The notes: generated by a model not told the origin, from the letters alone. Numbered from the stretch's first letter, positions 1 to 10,400 are shown. The stretch is 64,000 bases of DNA from an uncultured delta proteobacterium (GCA_963737265.1 CAVTRY010000023.1:192001-256000); one strand, 5' to 3'. Numbers and translations are program-made.

Positions 1-1094
1 AGGCAGGCACTGAAATGAGCCTGACCCGGACCGGCGCGGTCATGGGCAGCCCCTATTACATCGCGCCCGAGCAGGCCGCCAACTCGAAAGCGGCCGATCC
101 GCGCGCCGACATCTACTCGCTTGGATGCGTTCTGTTTCACATGCTGGCGGGTACGCCGCCCTTCACCGGCGCCACTCATATCGAAGTGATTCTCAAGCAC
201 ATTGGCGAGCCAATTCCGGATCTGTCGCTGGTCGACCGCGGTATCCCGAAAGGATTGGGCGCGGTCGTCGCCAGGATGATGGCCAAGTCACCCACGGATC
301 GCTACGCGACCCCGACCGAGGCGCGCAGGGCGCTCGATGCGTTCGCGGCACAGGCACTGCCCGCCGCCATTTCGCCGAACGCCATTCGAGGCAAGACCCG
401 CGCGCGGCGAGTCTTGTGGGCGCTGGGCGCGGCTTTGCTGTTGCTCGCTGCCACGCTCGCCGTTGTCGTTGCTCGCGGACCGAACGCGCCGAAGGTTTCC
501 GCATCGCAGACGAATCAGCCAGATCGCGTGTCCGCGGTGTCTGCTTCGCATGAGCCGAGCGCGCCCGACGGAACAGCCCACGCGCAAAGCGTGGCCGCTG
601 GCGGCACCGCCCGAGAGCCGAGCGCGCCCGCTCGACGGCGAAACCCGGCATCTCGCCGACCCAGCTACCCAGCGGCGGCGACGAATCCTGCGGGGTATGC
701 GCCGCAAGAGTTGCCGTCGGCTTCCGGCGCCGGCACTCTCAGCGATGCGCTCGCGTCCCACGACACGAACCGACTGCGCCAATTGCTCGACCGCGGAACG
801 CCGCCCAACGTAGGCGACGGCGCGACCTCTCCTTTGCATCAGGCGGTTCACATGGGGCAGCCGCACTACGTGCGGATGTTGCTCGAAAAGGGCGCCAACC
901 CCAACACCCGCGACCAGTTCGGCGAAATGCCGCTGCACTATGCCCTTCGCCGCGGCGACCGCGCGACCGTCGGGATGTTGCTCGACTTCGGGGCCAACCC
1001 GAATGCCCGCGATCGCACCGGCCGCTCGCCGCTCGAAATCGCCGACGGGGATGACTATCTCGTCGCAAGACTTCGGGAAAAGGGCGCCAACTGA
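1..1094 (+). CDS. Ser/Thr protein kinase with TM helix and C-terminal ankyrin repeats (5'-truncated by window edge)
   Basis: Kinase subdomains GSPYYIAPEQ and DIYSLG; hydrophobic TM stretch; ankyrin motifs (SPLHQAV, MPLHYA, GANPNARD). The frame is open to the window start. Confidence 0.85.
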   Translation, partial: AGTEMSLTRTGAVMGSPYYIAPEQAANSKAADPRADIYSLGCVLFHMLAGTPPFTGATHIEVILKHIGEPIPDLSLVDRGIPKGLGAVVARMMAKSPTDRYATPTEARRALDAFAAQALPAAISPNAIRGKTRARRVLWALGAALLLLAATLAVVVARGPNAPKVSASQTNQPDRVSAVSASHEPSAPDGTAHAQSVAAGGTAREPSAPARRRNPASRRPSYPAAATNPAGYAPQELPSASGAGTLSDALASHDTNRLRQLLDRGTPPNVGDGATSPLHQAVHMGQPHYVRMLLEKGANPNTRDQFGEMPLHYALRRGDRATVGMLLDFGANPNARDRTGRSPLEIADGDDYLVARLREKGAN

Positions 1095-3481
1095 ACGGCA
1101 CGCACGCAAAGGCGACGCTTCCGCACTCGGCTCGGCCCCGCGGGTCGTTCGTTTGCGCGTTCGCCCTGATCGCGACAGCCAGCGCTTCCGCCCGCGCGGC
1201 GAGTCCCACGAGCGCGCTCGAAGGCATCGACCGCCTCGTCGCCGACGCCCTCGCACAAGGAAGGCTTCCCGGCTGCGTCGTCGTCATCGGGCGAAAGAGC
1301 GGCGTCGTGTACCAAAAGGCGTTCGGCTCGCGCGCGCTTTCGCCCGAAAACGAGCCGATGACCGAGGATACCCTCTTCGATCTGGCCTCGCTCACCAAGC
1401 CGGTCGCCACCGCCACATCGCTGATGGTGCTGGTCGACCAGGGCAAGGTCGATCTGGACGATCGGGCCGCGCACTACGTACCCGAGCTCGGAGCGCGTGG
1501 CAAAGAGGCCATCACCCTGCGCCAGCTTCTCACTCACGTGTCCGGGCTGCCGGCGGAAACCGCCGTGGACGACTACCAACATGGCCGCGCCGAGGCGGTC
1601 CGCCGCATCGCCGCGCTCCGACTCAAGGCACCGCCAGGCGCGAAGTTTATCTACTCCGACGTCGGCTTCCTCGTGCTCGAAGAAGTCATCCGCCGAGTTG
1701 CCCGCACCGATCTCGCCTCGTTCGCAGCCGACGCCATTTTCAAGCCGCTCGGTATGAGCGAGACCGGCTTCCTGCCGGCGGCGAAAGACCGGGCTCGCAT
1801 CGCGCCAACCGAACAACGAGGCGATCGATGGATGCGCGGTGAGGTGCACGACCCGCGAGCCTTTCGCCTGGGTGGCGTGGCCGGTCACGCGGGACTTTTC
1901 TCCTCGGCCAAGGATCTAGCAAGGTACGCCCGCATGGTGCTCGGTGCGGGGGCGCTCAACGGCGTTCGCGTGCTTTCGGCCGGGGCGACCGCAAGGATGC
2001 TGGCCCCGCACGACGTGCCGGGCGGCATTCGCGCCTTGGGCTGGGACATGCAAACCACCTACTCGGCGAACCGCGGGACTGCGCAGTCGCGGCGAGCGGT
2101 CGGACACGGCGGCTACACCGGCACGTCCTTGTGGATCGATCCGGAACAAGACCTGTTCGTGATCTTTCTCAGCAATCGCGTTCACCCGAACGGCAAGGGA
2201 TCGATCAACGGGCTCGCCGGCTCTATCGCGTCTCTCGCCGGTTCGGCGCTGGGGAAATTCTCACCCGCCGCAACCGATCCGGCTCTCGCCACCGGTCCGT
2301 TGGCGGTCGGGATCGATGCGCTCGTCGCTGAAGACTTCGCTCGCCTGCGGGGCGCGCGCGTGGCCCTGCTCACCAACGACAGTGCTCGGACCCGCGCCGG
2401 GGTTCGCACCACCGATGTGCTTGCCGCTCGCGGCGGTCTCGCGCTGGTAGCGCTGCTCAGCCCCGAGCACGGATTGCCGGCGAATCGCGACGAATTGATC
2501 GGCGATGGCATCGATGCCAAAACGCGACTGCCAGTCTTCAGCTTGTATGGCGGTTCGTCCCAAAGATGCTCGAACGAAAAACGCTCGAACGCGCCGGCGG
2601 CACCGCGCTCGGTAATGCTACCGCCCGATATCGACACCATCCTGGTCGATCTTCCCGACGTGGGGACGCGTTTCTTCACCTATGCCGGAACCCTGCACGC
2701 GACGATGAAAGCGGCCGCCTTACGCGGGCTTCGGGTCGTCGTCCTCGATCGGCCGAACCCCATCAACGGCGTCGACGTCGCAGGCCCCATGCTGAAACCA
2801 AGCGAGCAGTCCGCCGTGAACCACTTTCCCTTGCCGGTTCGCCACGGCATGACCATGGGCGAGCTCGCCGAGATGATGAACGCCGACGAACATCTCGGCC
2901 TGCACCTCGAAATCGTGCGCATGCCCCACTACGATCGAACCCTCTACTTCGATCAGACCGGACTGACCTGGTGGCCGCCCTCGCCCAACCTGCGCACCGT
3001 CGAGGAGGCGGTCCTCTATCCCGGCGTCGCACTACTGGAGGGAACCAATGTCTCGGTCGGCCGCGGCACCGAGACGCCCTTCGAAGTCGTGGGCGCACCC
3101 TGGATCGACGGCCGCCGTCTCGCCGATGAGCTTGCGGCCGCCGGCCTCGCCGGTGTCTCGTTTGAAGCCACTCGCTTCACGCCCAGCCCGACGCCCAAGG
3201 TGAACCGATTCGCGGGAATTCTTTGCCACGGAATTCGCCTGCGCGTGAGCGACCGTGCCGCCTTCGAACCGGTGCGATCCGGCATGGCGATCGCGATCGC
3301 CCTACGCCGGCTGTTTGGCGCCAATTGGGACGGCCAGCGCCTGCACAGGATGGTCGGCGACCCCGCGGTCGCCGCTGCGATCCTCAAGACCCGCCGCCTG
3401 TCCGAAATCGAGGCAACCTTCAAAGACGACCTCGCCGCCTTCCGCGCCAGGCGGATGAAATACCTCCTCTATCCGCCCTAG
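1091..3481 (+). CDS. Serine hydrolase (beta-lactamase/AmiE-like) fused to DUF1343/NamZ-like exo-beta-N-acetylmuramidase
   Basis: SxxK motif (FDLASLTK), YSD, GHGGYTGT, then DUF1343 motifs (SPEHG, DRPNP, RHGMTMGE, PSPNL, GRGT). The frame is open from 1055 and encodes a signal-peptide-like segment upstream of the called GTG at 1307; the start is uncertain. Confidence 0.85.
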   Translation: MNGTHAKATLPHSARPRGSFVCAFALIATASASARAASPTSALEGIDRLVADALAQGRLPGCVVVIGRKSGVVYQKAFGSRALSPENEPMTEDTLFDLASLTKPVATATSLMVLVDQGKVDLDDRAAHYVPELGARGKEAITLRQLLTHVSGLPAETAVDDYQHGRAEAVRRIAALRLKAPPGAKFIYSDVGFLVLEEVIRRVARTDLASFAADAIFKPLGMSETGFLPAAKDRARIAPTEQRGDRWMRGEVHDPRAFRLGGVAGHAGLFSSAKDLARYARMVLGAGALNGVRVLSAGATARMLAPHDVPGGIRALGWDMQTTYSANRGTAQSRRAVGHGGYTGTSLWIDPEQDLFVIFLSNRVHPNGKGSINGLAGSIASLAGSALGKFSPAATDPALATGPLAVGIDALVAEDFARLRGARVALLTNDSARTRAGVRTTDVLAARGGLALVALLSPEHGLPANRDELIGDGIDAKTRLPVFSLYGGSSQRCSNEKRSNAPAAPRSVMLPPDIDTILVDLPDVGTRFFTYAGTLHATMKAAALRGLRVVVLDRPNPINGVDVAGPMLKPSEQSAVNHFPLPVRHGMTMGELAEMMNADEHLGLHLEIVRMPHYDRTLYFDQTGLTWWPPSPNLRTVEEAVLYPGVALLEGTNVSVGRGTETPFEVVGAPWIDGRRLADELAAAGLAGVSFEATRFTPSPTPKVNRFAGILCHGIRLRVSDRAAFEPVRSGMAIAIALRRLFGANWDGQRLHRMVGDPAVAAAILKTRRLSEIEATFKDDLAAFRARRMKYLLYPP

Positions 3482-3589
3482 CGATTTCGGCGCACGGCCC
3501 TTGCGCGCCACCCGCGCCGCCCGAACTTCCGCAACTGCCTAAGCGCCGCCTTCTGATAGTATTCCCCGACTAGGACGGTTCCAAATAAC

Positions 3590-5104
3590 GTGATAGGGCA
3601 TAAAGTCAACAACTACGAGCTTCAGCGACTTCTGGGCGAGGGCGGCATGGGGGCGGTGTATCTGGCCGAGCATCCCCTGCTCGGCCGCAAGGCCGCGGTC
3701 AAGATTCTCAAGCGCGAGTTCGTGGCCAACCAGGATCTCGTTCAGCGCTTTCTCAACGAGGCGCGGGCGGCGAACGCGATTCACCACCCGAACATCATCG
3801 ACATCATCGACGTCGGCCTGCTGCCCGAGGGCGTTCCCTACATGATGATGGAATTTCTCGAAGGCGAAAGCCTCGCCTCGCGTCTGCAACGGGTGCGGCG
3901 CCTGCCGCTTGGCGAAGCCGTGAAGCATGCGCGCCAGACGGCTTCGGCCCTGGCTGCGGCGCATGCGCTCGGCATCGTTCATCGCGACCTCAAGCCGGAC
4001 AACCTTTTCGTCATTCCCGATGCGCAGAACCCGGGTCAAGAGCGCATCAAGGTCCTCGACTTCGGCATTGCGAAGCTGCGCCCCGAATTCGCACCGGGGA
4101 CGCCCAAGACGAGCGTGGGCTCGCTGATGGGGACGCCGGCCTATATGTCGCCCGAACAGTGCATGGGCAAGACGAGCGAGATCGATCACCGCTCGGACAT
4201 CTATGCGCTCGGAATCATCTTCTACGAAATGCTGTGCGGACAGCCGCCGTTTGCCGGACAGAACTTCGGCGAGCTGTTCCTCCAGCACGTCAACGGCGTG
4301 CCCCGACCGCCGCGATCGCTCGTGGCCGAGATTCCGGTCCATCTCGAAGCCGTGATTCTGAAGGCCCTGGAGAAGCAGCCGGGCGATCGCATTCAGACCA
4401 TGGACGACTTCATCGCCCTGCTCGCCGAGGGAGGTGGGGCACGCACCCTGCTCGCCGCCCCGCCGGTCGGGCGGACCGCGATTCTCGACGACGGTGCATT
4501 TCCGCCACGAGCCCATGCGGCGGTCAGGTCACCCCGCCGGCCGGCCACCCCGATCCCGACGCTGACAACGCTGTCGTCCGCGATTGGGCAAACGGAAGAG
4601 AGTGGCGATGCGCTGTCGACGGTGCGTCGCGGACGTCGCATTGCTGCCTTGGCAATCGGAGGCATCGCCATCTGTGCTTTGGGCGTGGGTGTGGGGCTGA
4701 AGTATTGGCAGCACCCTGCCGGGGAGGGCCTGCAATCCCCGGAGCGTCCAGGCGAAACTTCACAGCCAACCGCCGCGCCGGCCGAGCCGCTGCCGGCCTT
4801 CGTGCCGCCGCCTACCGAGCTGGCAGCTCCCAAAGCGCCGGAGATACCGTCGGCGGAGATCGCGCGAAAACACGAAGGGATCGGCGCCGCAGAGGACATC
4901 CCACCTGCGGACAAGAATCCCGTTGCCGGCGAACGGGCAAAGAGGCATGCGGGCGGGCGACCTCGAGGCCACGCGCAGCGAGAGGAAACGCACGAAACGT
5001 CGCCCAAACCCTCGCCGCCCATCGAGGCGCCTTTGCCCAGTGCCCCAACCCAGCCCACAAGTCCCGCCGCGGCACCTCGCATCATCAAGCGCGACAAGTT
5101 CTGA
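3590..5104 (+). CDS. Membrane Ser/Thr protein kinase (Pkn2-like)
   Basis: GEGGMGAVY, AAVK, HRDLKPDN, DFG and GTPAYMSPEQ motifs; TM helix; Pro-rich tail. Confidence 0.95.
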   Translation: MIGHKVNNYELQRLLGEGGMGAVYLAEHPLLGRKAAVKILKREFVANQDLVQRFLNEARAANAIHHPNIIDIIDVGLLPEGVPYMMMEFLEGESLASRLQRVRRLPLGEAVKHARQTASALAAAHALGIVHRDLKPDNLFVIPDAQNPGQERIKVLDFGIAKLRPEFAPGTPKTSVGSLMGTPAYMSPEQCMGKTSEIDHRSDIYALGIIFYEMLCGQPPFAGQNFGELFLQHVNGVPRPPRSLVAEIPVHLEAVILKALEKQPGDRIQTMDDFIALLAEGGGARTLLAAPPVGRTAILDDGAFPPRAHAAVRSPRRPATPIPTLTTLSSAIGQTEESGDALSTVRRGRRIAALAIGGIAICALGVGVGLKYWQHPAGEGLQSPERPGETSQPTAAPAEPLPAFVPPPTELAAPKAPEIPSAEIARKHEGIGAAEDIPPADKNPVAGERAKRHAGGRPRGHAQREETHETSPKPSPPIEAPLPSAPTQPTSPAAAPRIIKRDKF

Positions 5105-5144
5105 TAGTGCCGTGAGAAAAGTAGCCTTGTTCCCGCGAGCGGAC

Positions 5145-5302
5145 TCAAGACGTGTCCATAAATGGACCCGTCTTGAAGATTTTTGAAGGGAGGGCCGCTG
5201 CCCTCCCCTCGTCCGCGAAGTAAATTCGCGGACTTCACCCCACCTGCAGCCGAGCCCTTGGCTCGGCTGCAGAAGAACTGTCCAATTTTTGGACAGTTCT
5301 TC
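5145..5302. repeat. Five consecutive inverted repeats (hairpin cluster)
   Basis: Stems at about 5145-5175, 5185-5210, 5211-5233 (GTCCGCGAA/TTCGCGGAC), 5244-5272 (CTGCAGCCGAGCC/GGCTCGGCTGCAG) and 5272-5302 (GAAGAACTGTCCAA/TTGGACAGTTCTTC). Confidence 0.8.
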
Positions 5303-5366
5303 AGCTTGGATATAATCAGGTATTCAGCGGCTCGAACGATATCTTCTTAACTTTCGCAGCAGGCCA

Positions 5367-6365
5367 ATGGCTAGACAGCGTTCCAAGGTGCTCGTCGTGA
5401 ACGGGGACAGCGAGATTGCCCTCGCCCTTCACCGTGCCCTCTATCTCGGAAACGATCGCTTCGACGTGCTCGTCGCGGGCAGCGCCGAAGTAGCCCGCGA
5501 GATCGTTCGCGACGTGGGCATCGAGGTGCTGGTCACCGATTCCGACCTACCCGGTATGAGCGGCGTGGATCTCGTGTGCTGGGCCGCCATCGAATTCCCG
5601 GAGAGTTTTTTCGTCGTGATCACGGACGACGATGTCCCCGACCTACAAGACAAGATGCAAGGGCTTGGCTGTCTGCGCCTGGTGCGTAAACCCTGTCAGC
5701 CACAAGCCGTCCTCAAGATCGTCCGCGAAGCGCTCGATTGTCGTCATCGGCTCTCGGGATGCTTCTCGGCCCTGTCTGCCGCCGATCTGATTCAAATGCT
5801 TTGTTTGGCCCAACGAACCTCGTCGCTCCACATCAGCGCCCATGGGGTGCAAGGGACGGTCATGGTCAAGGAGGGAAAGCTGCTCCATGTAACGTGGGGC
5901 ACGTTGGTCGGGCAACGCGCCCTGCGCGAAATCATCGCGGCGGAAGACGGCGTGTTCCGCACGGCCCCCCTGCCGCCCGAGATCGAGCCAACCATCACCG
6001 GCGACTGGCAGCACGCCCTGATGGAGGCCGTGCGCGCGCTCGACGAACGCGCGCATGGATCGCTGCGCCAGTCGGGATCGTTTCCGGCTATCCGCGTGGA
6101 CGACTCGCTTTTCGACAACATGCTAAGCAGCACGCCCGCGCAGGAGGCGAAACACGTGCGCGCCCCGAACAGCCACGGCGACGGGCGCGCCATGCCCCGC
6201 TCGCCGGGCGCGGCATCGTCGCTCGTGGACAAGGGATTCGCGGCGTTGCGGGCGGGAAATATCGACGACGCACGCCAGTGCTGGCTCGCCGCCAAGCACC
6301 TCGATCCGGAAAACCGTTCGCTCGATTTGAACTTGAAAAAACTGGAAGGCAAGACTTCCCGCTAG
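5367..6365 (+). CDS. Response regulator receiver + DUF4388 (PATAN-like) domain protein
   Basis: N-terminal REC (VLVTDSDLPGMSG, RKP); 'LSAADLIQMLCLAQRTSSLHI...G.V.VKEGKLLH' resembles DUF4388; TPR-like tail. Confidence 0.8.
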   Translation: MARQRSKVLVVNGDSEIALALHRALYLGNDRFDVLVAGSAEVAREIVRDVGIEVLVTDSDLPGMSGVDLVCWAAIEFPESFFVVITDDDVPDLQDKMQGLGCLRLVRKPCQPQAVLKIVREALDCRHRLSGCFSALSAADLIQMLCLAQRTSSLHISAHGVQGTVMVKEGKLLHVTWGTLVGQRALREIIAAEDGVFRTAPLPPEIEPTITGDWQHALMEAVRALDERAHGSLRQSGSFPAIRVDDSLFDNMLSSTPAQEAKHVRAPNSHGDGRAMPRSPGAASSLVDKGFAALRAGNIDDARQCWLAAKHLDPENRSLDLNLKKLEGKTSR

Positions 6366-6418
6366 ACGCGGCAGCGATTGGTGGAAGTCGAGAGCGTAAA
6401 TCGCAATCGGAGGTCCGT

Positions 6419-6905
6419 ATGGGTCCTGGTGAAACAAGAGACGAATTGCAGGGTCTGCTGGTAGTCATGGCGTCGCTGTCGCACGGGCTGGAACAGATGC
6501 TGGGCCGTGGCGCGGATACCGTGACCTTTCGCGCGGGCAGGACGGTAGGGCTCAAGAGCTCGGTCAGCCGCCGGGAGGCGGACATCCTTCCCGCGTTGGC
6601 GATCGTCGGCGAAGAGCTCAAGGCCAAGGGCATCGTCTGGCCCTTCGAAGCCTGGAAGCCTGCCGCGGCGCCGAGCTTCGTCTACGAGAAAGGCGGCAAG
6701 CAGGCGGTCAAGTTGGTGTTCCGCAATTGCATGGTTCGCTGTTCGCTTTTCCGCTACGGCCACGAACAGAAACAGTCGCTGTGCATGATGAACCACGGAC
6801 TGTTCTGCGGGTACGTGCAAAAAATCACCGGCAAGCGCGCCGAGCTCGAACATCCTGCACGCAGGCGAAAACGCCTGCCTCAAAGAGCTCGTGTTGCAGG
6901 GCTAG
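6419..6905 (+). CDS. V4R-like domain protein (apparent +1 frameshift at ~6850)
   Basis: GGAGG RBS, ATG 6419; C-x3-C, LC..HGLFCG. Removing one A from GCTCGAAC at 6844 gives ...ELDILHAGENACLKELVLQG* ending at TAG 6905, just before the next gene. Confidence 0.7.
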
Positions 6906-6914
6906 GAGAACACC

Positions 6915-7850
6915 ATGGCCAACAAGGTAACGGTTTCATTCGAATGGTTGTCCGGCTGCTCGGGCTGCGAGCTCAGCATCGTGGATCTGCACGAGCGCCT
7001 GCTCAAGGTGCTTGAGGAAATCGACATCGTCCGCCTGCCCATCTTGATGGACGTGAAGGGCTACCCGAAGGCAGCGCTGGGAATCGTCACGGGCGCGCTG
7101 CGCACCCACCACGACATCGAATGCGCGAAGAAGATGCGCGAAAGCTGTAACGCCATCCTGGCGTTCGGCACGTGCGGCGTGTACGGCGGTCCACAGGGAT
7201 CGGGCTACGCCCACACCCAGGCCGAGCTGGCCGAGACCGCATTCGTCAAGAACCCGACGACCAGCACCCACTTCGTGCCCGACAAAGACGTTCCGAAATT
7301 GCTGGAAGAAGGCGTCCTGCCCCTCGATGCGGCCATCCCGGTGGATTTGTACTTGCCCGGTTGCCCACCGCACGCGTTCTACGTCTTCGAGGCGCTGTCG
7401 GCGATTCTGCACCAGAGCCAACCCGACTTCGGCCGCCACAACGTGTGCTTCCACTGCGACCGCAAGATGAAACACACCGACGTGACGACACTGCGCCGGG
7501 TGCACGAAGGGAGCTACGAAAAGGACACCTGCTTCCTTTCGCAGGGAATCCTGTGCATGGGCAGTGCGACCCTGGATCGCTGCCGCGGCGCCTGCCCGAC
7601 GCGCGGCATGCCCTGCTCCGGCTGCACCGGGCCGTCCGAATCCATCGTCCTCGAACCCAACCGGGATATCCGCACCGAGATCGCCACGCGCATGTCCATG
7701 ATGACCAAGATTTCCAAGGCCGCTATCACCACCGAGATCGAAGCGCGTGCCAAGACCTACTACGCCTACGCCATGGCGTCGCCGGTCTTCCGGCAAAAAC
7801 CAACCTTCCTCCTCAGACGCTGGATCTCCCAGCAAGGAGCCGCCCGATGA
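6915..7850 (+). CDS. [NiFe]-hydrogenase small subunit, MvhG/VhuG-like
   Basis: WLSGCSGC, FGTCGVYGG, PGCPP, CFHC and CFLSQGILCMG...C..RGMPCSGCTGP motifs; no Tat leader. Confidence 0.9.
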   Translation: MANKVTVSFEWLSGCSGCELSIVDLHERLLKVLEEIDIVRLPILMDVKGYPKAALGIVTGALRTHHDIECAKKMRESCNAILAFGTCGVYGGPQGSGYAHTQAELAETAFVKNPTTSTHFVPDKDVPKLLEEGVLPLDAAIPVDLYLPGCPPHAFYVFEALSAILHQSQPDFGRHNVCFHCDRKMKHTDVTTLRRVHEGSYEKDTCFLSQGILCMGSATLDRCRGACPTRGMPCSGCTGPSESIVLEPNRDIRTEIATRMSMMTKISKAAITTEIEARAKTYYAYAMASPVFRQKPTFLLRRWISQQGAAR

Positions 7851-9252
7851 GCCGCACCCTTTCCATCGATCCCGTCACCCGCATCGAAGGTCACGCCAAG
7901 GTCCACATCGAAATAGGCGACGACGGCAAGGTGGGCGCCGCCACCATGCACGTGCTGGAATTTCGCGGCTTCGAGCGCTTCGTGCAGGGCATGCAAGCCG
8001 AGCTCATGCCCACCATCACCACGCGCATCTGCGGCACCTGCCCCCACGCCCATCACCTGGTCGCCGCCAAATGCCTGGACAAAATGTTTTCGGCGCCGCC
8101 GCCCAAGACCGCCTTGCTTTTGCGCCAGCTGCTCAATTGCGGCAGCATGATCCACTCGCACGCCATTCACTTCTTCGCCTTGGCTGGCCCGGATCTCTTC
8201 CTCGGCCCGTCGAGCCCGGTGGCCAAGCGCAATCTGGTCGGCTTGCTTGAAGTCGCGCCCGATTTGGCCAAGAAAGCGCTGCGTCTGCGCAGCATCGGAC
8301 AAAAAATCGTCGAGGCCGTGGGCGGGCGAGGCACCCACCCCGTCACCGCCGTGGCCGGCGGCATGTCGTGCAGCCTTGGCAAGGACAACCTTGAAACGCT
8401 GAAGGCCTTGACGAGCGAAGGCCTGGAACTCGCCAAGCTGGTGCTCGATGCCGGCAAGAAGGCGCTGCTCAAGGATGCCAGCCTGATGGCCCGACTGCCG
8501 CTGGCGGTTCACGATATGGGAACCCTGCAGGGCAACAAGCTCGATCTCTACGACGGAACCCTGCGCGTGCGGCGACCCGACGGAAGCGTTGCCCTGGATT
8601 TTCCGGCGCAAGACTACGCCAAGTACATGCGCGAGGAGGCCCTGCCGTACAGCTATGGCAAGCAGGTCTTGTTGCAAGACAAGGGTGGCGCTTCCCAGGT
8701 ATACCGCGTGGGACCGCTCGCCCGGCTCAATTGCGCCGAGGCCACCGGAACGCCGCTCGCCGATGCCGCCCTCGGCGACTTTAAAAAAATCTGCGGTGAT
8801 CCCACCAACAAAACCGTGGCAGGTCACTGGGCGCGTCTCGTAGAACTGCTCCACTGCGCCGAAAAGGCCGCGGCCATCCTGTGCGACGAGGCCATTCTGT
8901 CCGACGATGTACGCGCCAAGACGGGCGCGCTTAACCGGCACGCCGTCGCGCACGTCGAAGCTCCGCGTGGCGTGCTCATCCACGACTATCAAGTGGACGA
9001 GAACGCCATCATTCAGTCCGCCAATTTCGTGGTGGCGACCCAACACAACATCGCCAGCATCAACACCAGCATCAAGGATGCCGCCACCAGCCTGCTCGGC
9101 AAGAGCGACCAGGAACTGCTCGAACGGCGTCGAATTCGCGATCCGCTGTTACGACCCATGCCTGTCGTGCTCGAACCCATCGCGTGGGTCAGATGCCCAT
9201 GGAAATCAGCATTCATCGCAAGGGCGACTGCGTGCGCAACATTAGGCGTTAG
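7847..9252 (+). CDS. [NiFe]-hydrogenase large subunit, MvhA-like (two apparent +1 frameshifts near the 3' end)
   Basis: PVTRIEGH, L1 motif RICGTC, EAPRG. Removing one A at each GCTCGAAC (9118, 9169) restores LLDGVEFAIRCYDPCLSCSTH plus a cleavable-type extension ending at TAG 9252. ATGA overlap with the small subunit. Confidence 0.9.
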
Positions 9253-9265
9253 CGAGGAGATAGCC

Positions 9266-9985
9266 ATGCCCCATGTCCAAATCGAAGAGCCTGGCTGCCG
9301 CGACTGCGGCCTGTGCGTGGACATCTGTCCCACCGACGTGTTCGCGCGCGAGGAAGCCAAGAACATCGCCAAGGTCGCGCGCGAGGACGATTGCATCGGC
9401 TGCACATCGTGCGTGTACATCTGCCCCTCTCGTTGTCTCACCGTCACCGACGCCGTCGCGCAGCGTCCGTTCCATCGCATCGAGAAGAACGAGGCCTTGA
9501 TTTCGCACTTCCTGCAACAAACGCCGGCGACCGCGCAGCTTTCGCAGGCCGATTACGACGAGGCCTTGAAAGACACGCACGTGCGCTTGCGCGCCCTGGC
9601 CGACGCCTTGAAGGAAGTCATGGGACGCGGCCAAAAGGCAGTGGGCCGATCCGCGGGAACCCTGGCCGCCACGCACATGCCCGAGATGTACGAGACCAGC
9701 AACATCAACGACCTGCTCGCTGCCCTGCGCCGCCGCTTCGCCCATGCCTTCGAATTCGAAGCCAAGGTAGAGGGCGATGGCGACACCGTGACCCTGACCT
9801 TTCCCGGCTGCGCCCTTCGCAGCGTGGTGGCCGGGCAAGGCGAGGTGGTCGGCTCGGCCAACCTGTGCGACTTGTTCCACGAGTACTGGGCGGGCCTCAT
9901 GGGCGCCTTTGCCGGCCGCAACTACAGCGTGACCACGCTATCCACCGTCGGCCAGTGCTCGATGAAATTTCAGATTCGTGGTTAG
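9266..9985 (+). CDS. 2x[4Fe-4S] ferredoxin fused to V4R-like domain
   Basis: GAGGAG RBS; CRDCGLCVDICP and CIGCTSCVYICP; C-terminal FPGC...LCDLFHEYWAGLMG...C pattern. Confidence 0.8.
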   Translation: MPHVQIEEPGCRDCGLCVDICPTDVFAREEAKNIAKVAREDDCIGCTSCVYICPSRCLTVTDAVAQRPFHRIEKNEALISHFLQQTPATAQLSQADYDEALKDTHVRLRALADALKEVMGRGQKAVGRSAGTLAATHMPEMYETSNINDLLAALRRRFAHAFEFEAKVEGDGDTVTLTFPGCALRSVVAGQGEVVGSANLCDLFHEYWAGLMGAFAGRNYSVTTLSTVGQCSMKFQIRG

Positions 9986-10019
9986 AACGACAACACCCAC
10001 TTACCAGGAGGATTGGATC

Positions 10020-10400
10020 ATGGCTTCGCGTACCGAAAAAATGCAGGACATCTTGCGCGGCCTTCGAGGGGCCTCGCCCGACATCATTGGCGCCGCCGTA
10101 GTCAGCATCGACGGCTTCATCGTCGCCTCCGTGCTGCCCGCGGAAGTCGACGAAGAATTGGTTTCGGGCATGGCGGCGGCCATGCTGGGCGTCGGCGAGC
10201 GCATCTCGTCCGAGCTCATGGCCTCGGTCATGGAACAAGTCTACGTCCGCAGCGAGAAGGGCTACGTCGTGCTTAACGCCGTCGGCGCCGACTCCGTGCT
10301 CGTCGTGCTGACCACCAAGGACGCCAAGCTCGGCCTCGTATTCATCGAGGTCAAGCGTCGCTGCGTCGAATTGGCCAAGGCGATTCAAGCGTCCGCGTAA
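10020..10400 (+). CDS. Roadblock/LC7 (MglB-like) protein
   Basis: AAVVSIDGFIVAS, VSGMAAAMLGVGERISSEL and KLGLVF roadblock pattern; AGGAGG RBS. Confidence 0.9.
   Translation: MASRTEKMQDILRGLRGASPDIIGAAVVSIDGFIVASVLPAEVDEELVSGMAAAMLGVGERISSELMASVMEQVYVRSEKGYVVLNAVGADSVLVVLTTKDAKLGLVFIEVKRRCVELAKAIQASA

Noticed and set aside
7172-9985. 937-aa ORF as a real hydrogenase-ferredoxin fusion
   Set aside because: Read-through arises from the frameshift at ~9123. The DPCLSC motif lies in another frame and the ferredoxin has its own RBS and ATG at 9266.
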